Shown piece by piece: positions 53,014-64,000 of a stretch of 64,000 nucleotides of DNA (the stretch's first letter is position 1; the number at the start of each line of letters is the position of its first letter). Under the pieces are notes generated by a model. The model saw only the letters and a list, made by a program, of their open reading frames with translations. It did not search any database and was not told where the DNA came from. Position numbers and translations under genes: made by a program. Where the stretch lies: NCBI GenBank assembly GCA_038087875.1, contig CM075991.1, positions 4,526,001-4,590,000 on the forward strand, given 5' to 3'. This DNA is from Malacoraja senta. Its lineage: Eukaryota.

Positions 53014-56000
53014 CTGTCACAAAATAACAACAGCAGAAGATTTGTGATAACATTGCCTTTTGAATTCCACATCACCTGAGTATTAACATCCCATGTACAA
53101 AATCATGAGAGGAATAGATCGGGTAGATCTCTTGCCCAGAGCAGCGGAATCGAGGACCAGAGGACATAGGTTCACATAGGTGAATGGGAAAAGATTTAAT
53201 AGGAACCCGAGGGGTAACCTTTTCACACAAAGGGTGGTGGGTGTATGGAACAAGCTGCCAGAGGAGGTAGTTGAGGCTGAGAATATCCCATCGTTTAAGA
53301 AACAGTTCGACAGGTACATGTATAGGACAGGTTTGGAGGGATATGGACCAAGCGCAGGCAAGTGGGACTAGTGTAGCTGGAACATTGTTGGCCTGTGTGG
53401 GCAAGTTGGGCCTGTTTCCACACTGTATCACTCTATGACTCTGTTACTCTAAGCAATGCTTGAGGGATCAAAGTTAATACCACACTGCAGTAAAGCACCA
53501 GCGATTCTCTTTCAACCGTTGCTATGGTAAATAAGATGGACAGAATTCCTCATGTGGTCTCTTAAACCTGCTTTGCCACTCAGTAAGATGCTTGCTGATC
53601 TGATCTTTGGTCTCAATTTGATTTTCTGCTTGGTCCCCATAGGTTTTGAATAGCCAACTACCCAACCATTCTCTGAGATCTGGTTTTGTTCAGTTTAGAT
53701 TAGATTAGAGATACAGCGAGGAAGCAGGCCCTCCGGCCCACCAAGTTTGAGTCGACCAGCAATCCCCACACACTAACACTACCCTGCATACACGAGGGAC
53801 ATTTCACAATTTTCCCAAGCCCAATTAACCTACAAAACCGTACATCTTTGGAGTGTGGGAGGAAACCGGAGCACCCAGAGAAAACCCACGCAGCTCACGA
53901 GGAGAAGGTACAAATTCGGTACAGACGGCACCCGTAGTCAGGATTGAACATGGGTCTCTGGCGCTGTAAGGAAGCAACTCTACTGCTGCACCACGGTGCC
54001 GTCCCCAAAAACAGGTGATAGTATTAATTATGCAATCCCTTATCCCGAGCACCCCACCAGGAGATCACAAACAGTCCATCGCAGGTAATGACCTCCCCAC
54101 CATCGAAGAGACCTAGAGGAGGCACTGCCCCCAAAAGGCACCCAGCACCATCAAAGGCCAACACCACCCTGGCCATGCTGTCACTTCACTCCAGCCATTG
54201 GGAATAAGGTATAGGAGTCTGACAACTGCGACCTGCAGGTTTAGCAACAGCTTCTTCCCAAAAACCATCAGGCTATTGAACACTATAAACACCAACTAAA
54301 CTTTGAACTATGAACTGTCTTGGTTACACTCGGGAATTCAGGACTTTTTTTTGCTTTCCGTTAATAGAACTTATTTTTTGTTGACCTTTCTTTGACCTCT
54401 GCCTCAGAGGGCGGTGGAGGCAGGTTCTCTGGATGCTTTCAAGAGAGAGCTAGATAGGGCTCTTAAAAATAGCGGAGTCAGGGGATATGGGGAGAAGGCA
54501 GGAACGGGTTACTGATTGGGGATGATCAGCCATGATCACATTGAATGGCGGTGCTGGCTCGAAGGGCCAAATGGCCTACCCCTGCACCTATTGTCTATTG
54601 TCTATTGTCTGTTGTTCATTATGGCGTTTACAGTGTACTATGTATGCAAGCCTGTTGTGCTGTTCCAAGTAAGAATTTAATTGTTCCGTTTCTGGACATA
54701 TGACAATAAAACACTCTTGACATGTTGTACATTCAACGCCATGGATAGAAAAGGTTTAGAGGGATGTGGACCAAATGGGCAAGTTGGATCGAAGGGCCTG
54801 TTTCCTTGCTGTATGTCTCCATGTCCAACTACTCAAGGGCAGTTGGGGATGGGCAAAGAAATCCTGCCATTGAAGCCATAAATACATATTATGAAAAGTA
54901 AGTTAATACTGACACTTCTGCTCACACTGAATCGGACACATAAGATGCCTCCGCCATAAAATTCCTCAGTGATTTTTTTGCCGTGCATATGCCCCCAATG
55001 GTAAGAAAAGTTGACACAATGGAAAATGCAAAAATAAAAATCCTAAAGACATCTTTAAAAATGACATGTGGCTCATTAAGCAAGCATAAGGTTGTCACTG
55101 AAGTCTATGGTGTGAAATGATCGGGGACATCGTGTACAGAGCTTTTGAATGTAGATTGCCTTGTGCTCTGCAAAGGTTTTCCAACAACCGCTCTGACATC
55201 CCTCTCACATCGATCGTCCTCTGAATAAAATCCATTGACGGAGGTCCCTCTGTGACCTGCTTGTTTTTTCAACTGTGTTTCAGTTACTTTGTTCAATGTT
55301 AATCATATCCACTCTTGCGCTATGCTTCCATCTACGTTTGTTAGGATGAAGGTGAAGCACATGACTTTGGCAATGCACTGGTTGAATGCTATTGCTCGAT
55401 CTGTTCTCTTGAAAGTCAAAGGCGGCACAGTGGCACAGTTGGTAGAGCGGCCCCACAGCGCTGGAGACCCAGGTTCAAACCTAACCTCAGGTCTATGTTG
55501 AGTTTGCACATTCTCCCTGTAACCAAGTGGATTTCTTTAGTCTTTAGACTTTGGAGATACAGCGCGGAAACAAGCCCTTCAGCCCACCAAGTCCGTGCTG
55601 ACCAGCTATCACCCCATGCACTAGCTATCTACACACTAGGGACAATTTACAATTTTACTGAAGCCAATTAATCGACAAACCTGTAAGTCTTTAGAGTATG
55701 GGAGGAAACTGGAGAAAACCCGGCAGTCACAGGAAGAACGTACAAACTCTGTACATATAGCATCAGGATTGAACCAGGGTTTCTGGAGCTGTATGGCAGC
55801 TGTATCTACGGCTGCACCACTCTGCTGCCCCAAAGAATTGTGGGTTTGTAGGTTAAGTGACCCTTTGTAAATTGCCCCTGGTGTGTAGGGAGTAGATGAG
55901 AAAGTGGGACAACAGAGCACTAATATGAACGGGTGATCAATAATCGGCGTGGACTCATTGGGCCAAAGGGCCTATTTCAATGTTGTATCTCCAAACTAAT

Positions 56001-57574
56001 TAATCACATCTTTCATAAATCTAAAGTAGACTGCTCTTTATACCTTTTCCAGATCTAGTCAGCAATCATAACCATTATCTTTTAATTGTAATCTGGTTTT
56101 CATCTGTTTATACCCTTGATTTTAATTATTACCAATGTCAAATTGCATTTCTGCCGAGAAGATTGTATTCATTTATCTCATTTAATTTTATGCCCTTTTT
56201 AAATATTGAGAGGTTTGGGTTTTAGTTTGTTGAAGTACAATTGCGGCTCCACTTGTCATCGCGGAGCTGGCCGTCTTCGGAGCGGGGAGAGCTGTGGTGG
56301 CGCTCGGCTGCGACCCGACTTTGGAGTTTCGGAAGCTCCGGCTGCAGGCCCGGTGGACAGGAACATCGGGAGCTCCAGGTCCCTGGTGGGAGACGGCTTT
56401 TCGGAGCTCCGGCAACGGCAACTTCTCCCGCTTGAACCGCGGGGTTTAAAGGACACAGAGCCGGGGCCTAACATCGCCCGGCGTGGCTAAATGGACACAG
56501 GACTTGCCATCGTCCGCCGGGGGCTCTAACATCGGAGCCCCAGTTCGCCTCGACGCTGCAGTTGGACTGCTGGACCGCGGGTGAAGAACAAAGGGAAGAG
56601 ATAAGACTTTGCCTTCCATCACAGTGAGGAGGTGTTGGAGACTCACTGTGATGGATGTTTATATAAACTGTTTTAAGTGTGGGTCTTGGTTGGGTTTTTT
56701 TTGGTTGTTTTTTTGTTTGTTTTGTAATGTACAAAACTGTAGTAAATGAAATTTCGTTCAAACCTAGGTTTGAATGACAATAAATAGCATTCCAATAAAT
56801 AGCATTCCAATTGCTTACTGCATTTGATTGCATCCGTACCCTGACAGATTTCAATCATGGGGAATCTACTGAGATATTCAGCAGAATAAATTGGATAGTG
56901 CTGGAAAAGAGGCAATGGGGATTTGCCCGTGTCATTAGACTCAGCGAAAGCATCACGCAAACTTCATGGTTCGAGCTTATTAATTACTACAACATTTAGC
57001 GAGCAGTAAATGCACTGTTATGTTCATTAGACTCTGCTGAGAGCCGAATTTCTAGAAGCATCAGCTTCAGTTGAAACTAACCTGTACTATTTCAAACCAG
57101 CTAGCGTCTCTCAAAGGAGCAGTGCGCTGTGACTTAAGAAGTGGTGGGGGAGAATACAGAGACATCTTCAAGCACGTGCTGAACAACCTGCAGAGAGTGT
57201 TGCATAATTCAGTACTAAAAGCCGTGGTGGAAAGGAATAGAAAAAGGCAACTGCAGATGCTGGTTTACGAAGAAAGACACGAAGATATGGAGTAACTCAG
57301 CAGATCCAGCAGCATCTCTGGAGAACATGGACAGGTGACAATTCAAGTGGGAGGATGGGTCCCCACCCGAAACGTCACCTATCCATGTTCTCCAGAGACG
57401 CTGCCTGATCCTTTGAGTTACTCTGAGCACTTTTCTTTTGGTGGAATGGGGGTGTTCTTCAACCACAGAAAACCAGTTGGCCCAACGAGCAAACATTAAA
57501 GAGGCAACGGGAATGAATAGACTGATGCATGGAGGATTTGGACACAGCACCACAAAGAGCTGAAGAAATTCAAC

Positions 57575-57972
57575 CTGCATCGCCAGTGTTGGAGCTCCAC
57601 CCAGCTCGGCCTGTGGACTTCGGGAGCCGCGGTCTCCGGTAAGAAGCGGCCGATTCGGAGGTCTAAGCCTCTGAGGATGTTCTTCCGTTCCGACGCTGGA
57701 GTTCCATCATCCCGGCGAGAGGGCCTGAACATCGGGCCGCCCGTAGCGGTGACTGCGGAGGGCTCAAGGGCCCCGACCACGGGTGAACAATGAGGAAGAT
57801 GACTGAACTTTATTGCCTTCCCTCACAGTGGGAACGTTGATTCCGCTGTGTGGGGGATGTTTATGTTAAATTCTATCGTGTATAGTGTTCTTTTTTATTC
57901 GTATGGCTGCATGGTAACTCAAATCTCACTGTACCAATTGGTGCTTGTGACAATAAATGTTACTTGAACTTG
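57575..57972 (+). mobile_element. Unclassified GC-rich retroposon 3' end; relative at about 56235-56810
   Basis: Both share ctttXXXgccttccXtcacagtg, ggatgtttat and tgacaataaat segments plus short tandem tails. Confidence 0.5.
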
Positions 57973-58394
57973 CTACTAAAACAAAATAATAAAAAAAGTG
58001 GAATTCTCTGCCTCAGAGGGCGGTGGAGGCGGGTTCTCTGGATACTTTCAAGAGAGAGCTAGATAGGGCTCTTAAAGATAGCGGAGTCGGGATATGGGGA
58101 GAAGGCAGGAACGGGGTACTGATTGGGGATGATCAGCCATGATCCCATTGAATGGCGGTGCTGGCGCGAAGGGCCGAATGGCCTACTCCTGCACCTATTG
58201 TCTATTGTCTAAATCGGCTATTTGTTAAAATCAGCATGTATGTTCTGTTTCCCATTGTGCAGTGTACTCCAGAGACAGACTACAATGTCCCAGTGCTTCT
58301 AAGTTTAGAATACCAAGAGGGAGATAATTTTTAAGCAAATGATTTCAAATGTGTGGACAAGATTAGAAAGTTTTCCTTATTATGTCACATCTCA

Positions 58395-58628
58395 CCAACT
58401 GCCAGCCGTAGGCACTCGGGGCATCAGGTAAGTCGGGACTTTTTTTCAGCCTGATGAAAAATGTCCACGAGTAAAAAAATAGCCCCGTGTACCTACGGCT
58501 GGCATAACGAGCCGCTACGATATATCCACGGACTCGTAAGGCCTCCTCTGGGCTCGTTACAAACATTCCGCGAGTTTGAAAACTCGGGAGAATTCGTGAA
58601 TAACTCGGGAAAGTGGGACAAGGCCCTT
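58395..58628. mobile_element. One-armed relative of the 32591-32947 MITE
   Basis: acgagccgctacga...aaaactcgggagaa...agtgggacaaggccct matches the right arm. Confidence 0.65.
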
Positions 58629-60023
58629 TAAGGTGAAGGGGGAAAGATTTAATAGAAACATGAGGTGTAACATTTTCCACACAAAGGGTGGTGGGTATAT
58701 GGAACAAGCTTCCAGAGGAAGTAGTTGAGGGAGGTACTATCACAATATTTAAGAAACATTTAAACTGGTACATGGATAGGACAGGTTTAACAGGTCAAAC
58801 TGGTACATGGATAAGACAGGTCAAAAGCAGGGAGGTAGGACTAGTGCAGATGGGACATGTTGGTTGGTGTGGGCAAGTTGGGCCGACGGGCCTGTTTCCA
58901 AATAGTATGACTCTATGACCACTCATAATCTAACATACAAATAATTTATTGCATGCCTATCTTTTTCTGTACAGAATTAAATTCACAGCGGAACACAACG
59001 GATTTCACGGAAATGCTTTCAGCCATTTCCTCAGCAGCGTCAATTCTCAAGGGAAAGAAAATGCAAAGGAGCTGATTCTAGATGTATCTTCCAAACATTT
59101 CATCAAATGGAAATAGTCATGTGGAATTTATTAGCGGCCTCTTGAGACTTGTTGAGATCCGCTTACTGAAATCCTCCACTCCCCAAAGCCTGTGTAATGG
59201 TATCTATTCCACTGAACACATGGTCTGTTTTCCAGCCAAAAGATGAGAGGAAAGTATTCTGGCTTTAATTATATTCCCACATATTCACCATCTGCTACCT
59301 GTTTGCACATCAGAAGAAGTCATCATCAGGTTATCTGATAGCTCTGGTTAATTTGTTTGGATCAACATAGAAACATAGAAAATAGGTACAGGAGGAGGCC
59401 ATTCGATCACAAGGATGTCCTTAAATTAGGAGACCAAAACTGTACACAATACTCCAGATGTGGTCTTACCAGAGCCCTATACAACTGCAGAAGAACCTCT
59501 CTACTACTATACTGAAATCCTCTTGTTATGAAGGCCAACATTCCATTAGCTTTCTTCACTGCCTGCTGTACCTGCACGCCAACTTTCAGTGACCGGTGTA
59601 CAAGGACACCCAGGCCTCACTGTACCTCCCCTTACCTAACCTAACCCCATTGAGATAATAATCGAATGATTGTTCCTGAAGGTATTACCTTTTTATTTAT
59701 TAATGCCTTCATTTCAATTCCTACAACGTGTTTTCAGCTTATACCTTTTGCCACTTACAGTTGCTTTCAAAGAATAACGTGTAATTTTAGGTTGCGATGA
59801 AAGGAATGATGAACTTTGATGCCAAAGGAAACTTTGTTTCCTCTGGGTGCTCTGGTTTCTTCCCGCATTCCAAAGACATGCAGGTTTGTAGGTTGAAGAC
59901 AGACACAAAAAGCTGGAGTAACTCAGCGGTTCAGGCAGCATCTCTGGAGAAAAAGAATGCTTCGGGTCGAGATCCTTCTTCTGAAGCTCCGGCTCTGAAC
60001 TAAACTAAACATAGAATGCCCAG

Positions 60024-60059
60024 AGGTCTGAAGAAGGGTTCTGAACCGAAACGTCACCT
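60024..60059 (+). ncRNA. Minimal hammerhead motif with 4-bp stem I
   Basis: aggu-CUGAAGAAGGGUUCUGAACCGAAACGUC-accu. Confidence 0.6.
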
Positions 60060-62984
60060 ACTCCTTTTCTCCATAGATGCTGCCTGACCCGTTGAGTTAC
60101 TCCAGCATGTTGTGGCTATCACCATCTGCAGTTCCTTCCTACACATAGAAAGCCCAGTTCAGAAACAGGTAATTCGGCCCATCAGATCCATGCCAGTGGT
60201 TGTGCCCTACTTGCCTCCTCCAATCTCTCACCAGATACATTCATCATATCCTTCCAGTCTGTCCTCCTTTAAGTGTGCATTCAGCTTTCCCTTAAATGCT
60301 TCAATATTACTTATCTTCAAGAAGGCTCTGAGTACATTTGTGAATCTTTTCCTCTGCAGTCACCAATAATCTAAGCTTCAACATTATTTATTTGAACTGC
60401 CCCAGTGGAACCAGGTTTACTCACTTTCTTTCTATTCTCTGGATAATGACTTTCACTTGACGTTTTTGGCAGCCATTTTGAAATTTAGGCCACAGAACAG
60501 TGGGAAAAATTCAGAAGTATATTCAGAACCTCCGTATCTCAAAACTAAACTAAACACTCATATGTAGATTAAGTCCTTGCTTTTGGCAAACCTACGACCT
60601 GTGGCTGAGTTAAACAATGAGTACAAAACAAGACTTCAGATTCACTGCAAAGGACTGCAAAGGGCAATTTTAACATAATAATTGGAGCAATTTCGTTCCA
60701 TGGCGAGAGAACAACAGGAACAGGCAATAAGGACGAGCAGTTGACGCCAGAATAGCTAACTCACTGGAGAAGCTGTAGAGGAGTGTAATGAGAACATGGT
60801 GGGTTGGTATTTCGAAAAGGTGATGATCATAACTGAAGAAGATTCATTCTTGCATAACCTTTACAGAGGACCCTTGCATTGGGGAAGGGGGGTGGGGGTG
60901 GAGGTTTGTGTTCCTTAAACCTCTGTATCGTGATTTTCCACAATGCCAAGCTCTGTCATCTCTGCATGCATCAAGAATTGTGTGTTCCCAAAAAAATATT
61001 TTCTGTTAATTATTTATGTCTTTTGACATAAGTCCTTTGAGGAAGTTTTTTTCTCCCTGTAACTCCTGTTTATTTGGAGAGTGATTTGTGAGTTCTGCAC
61101 AGACCAGTGTCTGTAATCTGAACTTCCTTGTGATGCAGGAGTCAACTGCATTGGAATCTTGTCTGTCTTCATCATAGTGTGCTAATGACAGCACAGGCAA
61201 TATTTCCTTTGGCATATTCCATTACTAATCTCTCTGTCTTAACCACAGTATTTGATAGCGCAGTGCTTGTTGTGCAGTCCATCTTGTTGACAAATCTAAT
61301 TGGTATATATGCTACCGATCAAGGCGTTAGGCTCTTAACACATGCAGGTAAGTCCACTGCTTCAGACCACACTGCTAGACGGGGTTTGACAATACAACTG
61401 GCCAATATTCTCAGGTTTGGTACAACACTGAACAAACACATAGATCTCACACTCGCAATTCTCTTCCCCCTGCTGCATTGCCTGCAAATAATCATAGAGT
61501 GTGGAATCATGTCCTTCGGCCCAACATGTCCCAGCCATTTGGCCCATATCCCTCCAAACCTGTCCTATCCACGTACCTGTCTAATTGTTTCTTAAACGTT
61601 GGGATAGTCCCTGCCTCAACTACCTCATCTGGCAGCTATTAAACCTATGTCCTCTGGTCCTGGATTCCCCAACTCTGGACAAGAGACTGTCCAGTGTAGA
61701 AGAACCCTAACGATCAAAGTGGACTTCCACGATAACTATGGTTTCCCTATCAGGAAGGTACTCAGGCAAAAATTCTCATCTCAGCCTAACGGCATCCTTC
61801 GCTAAGTGAATCAATGGCTTCATTTTTATCCCTTCACTGTTAAACAGAAGTTATAGTCATAGATTCATACAGCACAGAAACAGGCCCTTCGGCCCAACTT
61901 GCCCATGCCGACCAAGATGCCCCATCTACCAGTCCCAACGGCACTAGTAGACGCCGTTAGGCTCATTTCCCTCTAAACCTTTCATGCCCATGTACTTGCC
62001 CAAGTCTGTTAAACTTGGTAAAACTTGACTCAACTACCTCCTCTGGCAACTCGTTCTACATACCCACCGCCCTCTGTGTAAAGAGGTTTCCCCTCAAGTT
62101 CTTATTAATGTTTTCCCTTCTCACTATAAACTTATGTTCTCAGGTTCTTGATTCCCATCCTGTTTTATTTATCTTTTTCCAGAGATAAGAAAATGTTTAG
62201 TTTAGTTTATTGCTGAGGTGCAGTGAAAACCTTTTCCTTGCGTGCTATCCAGTCAGCGGAAAGACTACGTGATTACGTTCAAGCTGTCCACACTGTACAG
62301 ATATAGGATAAAGGGAGTAACGTTTTGTGCTAGATAAAGTCCACTAAAGTCTGATTAAAGAAAGTCCGAAGATCTTCAATGAGGTAGCTGGTAGGCCAGG
62401 ACTGCTCTCTACTTGGTGAGAGGACGGTTCAGTTGCCTGATAACAGCTGGGAAGAAACTGTCCCGGAATCAGGGAATCCCTGAACACTGAATCACTGAAA
62501 ATGGTTTGGGTAGAAGACCACATCATCACCCTGCTTTGGTGGATGTTGTTCATCAGTTGTAGGAGCAGAATTAGGCCATTCGGCCCATCAAGTCTACTCT
62601 GCCATTCAATCTTGGCTGATCTAGCTATCCCTCTCAACCCCATTTCCGAAGATCTTTCCTGGACCCAGTACATTGATGCAATTATAAATAAAGCACAATT
62701 CTCTGACAGTTCTCTGACTGCCCGCAATTACATTATATCTCTGTTTGATTTTTTGTTACCTTCTCCTAGCTAAAGATGATCAATTCTACATTTTCCATGA
62801 TATCCATCCACTTTGTCTCGTTTTCACACCTTACACGTCCTTATCTCTGTACCTCCCTCTCCCCTTTGTCTCAGTGTGAAGAAGGGTCTCGACCCGAAAC
62901 GTCACCCATTCCTTCTATCCAGAGATGCTGCCTGCCCGGCTGAGTTACTCCAGCATTTTGTGTCTATCGTAGGCAGAAGCCAGT

Positions 62985-63373
62985 CACGACATCAAAAGTC
63001 TGCTTACCCACCTCCAGGTCCCTCAGATCGGCCGACTTGGGGTTACTGAACATCCCGCGGTCTAGGCATAAGCTCAGGGGCGACCGCGCCTTTGCGGTTG
63101 CAGCTCCTAGACTGTGGAACAGCATCCCTCTTCCCATCAGAACTGCCCCCTCCATCGACTCCTTTAAGTCGAGACTTAAAACTCATCTCTACTACCAAGC
63201 CTTTCTTGAGGTCCTCTGAGGGAGGGCTATATGTATGTATTTATGTATGTACTTAATCTATGAACCACTGTTGTATAACGTTAGTACCTCCACCAATGTA
63301 AAGCACTTTGGCCAACGAGAGTTGTTTTTTAAATGTGCTATAGAAATAAAAGTGACATGACTTGACTTGACTT
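62985..63373 (+). mobile_element. L2 LINE 3' end
   Basis: GDRAFAVAAPRLWNSIPLPIRTAPSIDSFKSRLKTHL; (ACTTG)n tail; shorter sibling at about 49513-49730. Confidence 0.85.
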
Positions 63374-63375
63374 AC

Positions 63376-64000
63376 CAGAGAAGGTCCCTTTGGCAAGGCA
63401 TTCTTTCACTCGATTTGCTCTCCGTACGTGGAATGCTTTGGTAATCTCTTGGTTCATGAAGGCCTCGTTATTCAAGATATTGGCCACCATCATTCGCAGG
63501 TCAAAGACCTCCAGGAGCTCAGCGATGTGGGCGATTTGCATCAGCTCCTTCTCGTGCTCGTCCAGCTGGCCCGTGTACAAGTAGCGCATGACCGCGGTGA
63601 ACGCGTCAGGGTGAACGGAGTAGTCCATGTGCACCACCGTCATCCGCCGGCTGGTGAAGTTGATGGATCTTCTGCCATCTCTTCCTGGATGCTGATGAAG
63701 GCTCGGCTCCACGACGAGAGAATCTTCCCTCTCTTGAACCAAGCCCCTCGCTCGCGCGCTGCCATCGCAGGCGTTGAGTTTCAAGATGCCGTCGCTGGTG
63801 GACGCCCTCAGGCTTGACAGCGGCTGGACGGCCGTCACCTCGTCCATGCGTGCACTGACGTCAAAACTGGCGGCTCTCATTAAGTACTCCCTGCCCTGCC
63901 TCTCGCCGTGGCTCACCGACGTTCCACCACCGGCCTCTTGCTCCTCGCTGAGGTCCATCAGAAACAAGTCGTAGAACTTCGAGGAGGAGGTAGACAGATA
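63376..64000 (-). CDS. RHOBTB2: RHOBTB2 large exon (split BTB1), truncated by window end: [19 protein letters not shown]...RAASFD...ASTSDGIL...[29 protein letters not shown]
   Basis: ORF 63338..63967; [14 protein letters not shown] and [26 protein letters not shown] fit RHOBTB2 better than RHOBTB1 as I remember them; donor G|gtaagt. Confidence 0.93.

Noticed and set aside
56188..56650. Cluster of overlapping GC-rich ORFs
   Set aside because: Lies in a repeat related to 57575-57972; open frames reflect GC content
63428..63817. 129-aa antisense ORF over the RHOBTB2 exon
   Set aside because: Expected shadow ORF of a GC3-rich coding exon

Overview
Vertebrate genomic DNA, most likely a cartilaginous fish (skate, ray or shark; inferred from HE1/V-SINE and CR1 repeat content). 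Two intron-rich genes lie on the minus strand. The first is the 3' part of RHOBTB2 (six coding exons, from the window end to the stop at 31622). The second is the middle of ASH2L (nine constitutive exons, 23254 down to the window start); its first exons are not visible and probably lie in the 200-N gap at 25098-25297. Much of the window is repeats: CR1, L2 and Rex/Babar LINE ends, tRNA-derived V-SINEs, two Tc1 copies, Harbinger-like MITEs, a Gypsy relic and Penelope-derived short repeats. Best observations: (1) a ~135-bp unit-length retroposon in two copies whose 5' end is a complete CPEB3/HDV-like ribozyme fold; (2) many short Penelope-derived repeats carrying minimal hammerhead ribozyme cores, often as inverted pairs, one with a clear TSD; (3) two or three in-frame candidate cassette exons (18, 63, possibly 39 nt) in one ASH2L intron; (4) a +2 frameshift in an ASH2L exon and a compensating frameshift pair in RHOBTB2, possibly consensus errors.
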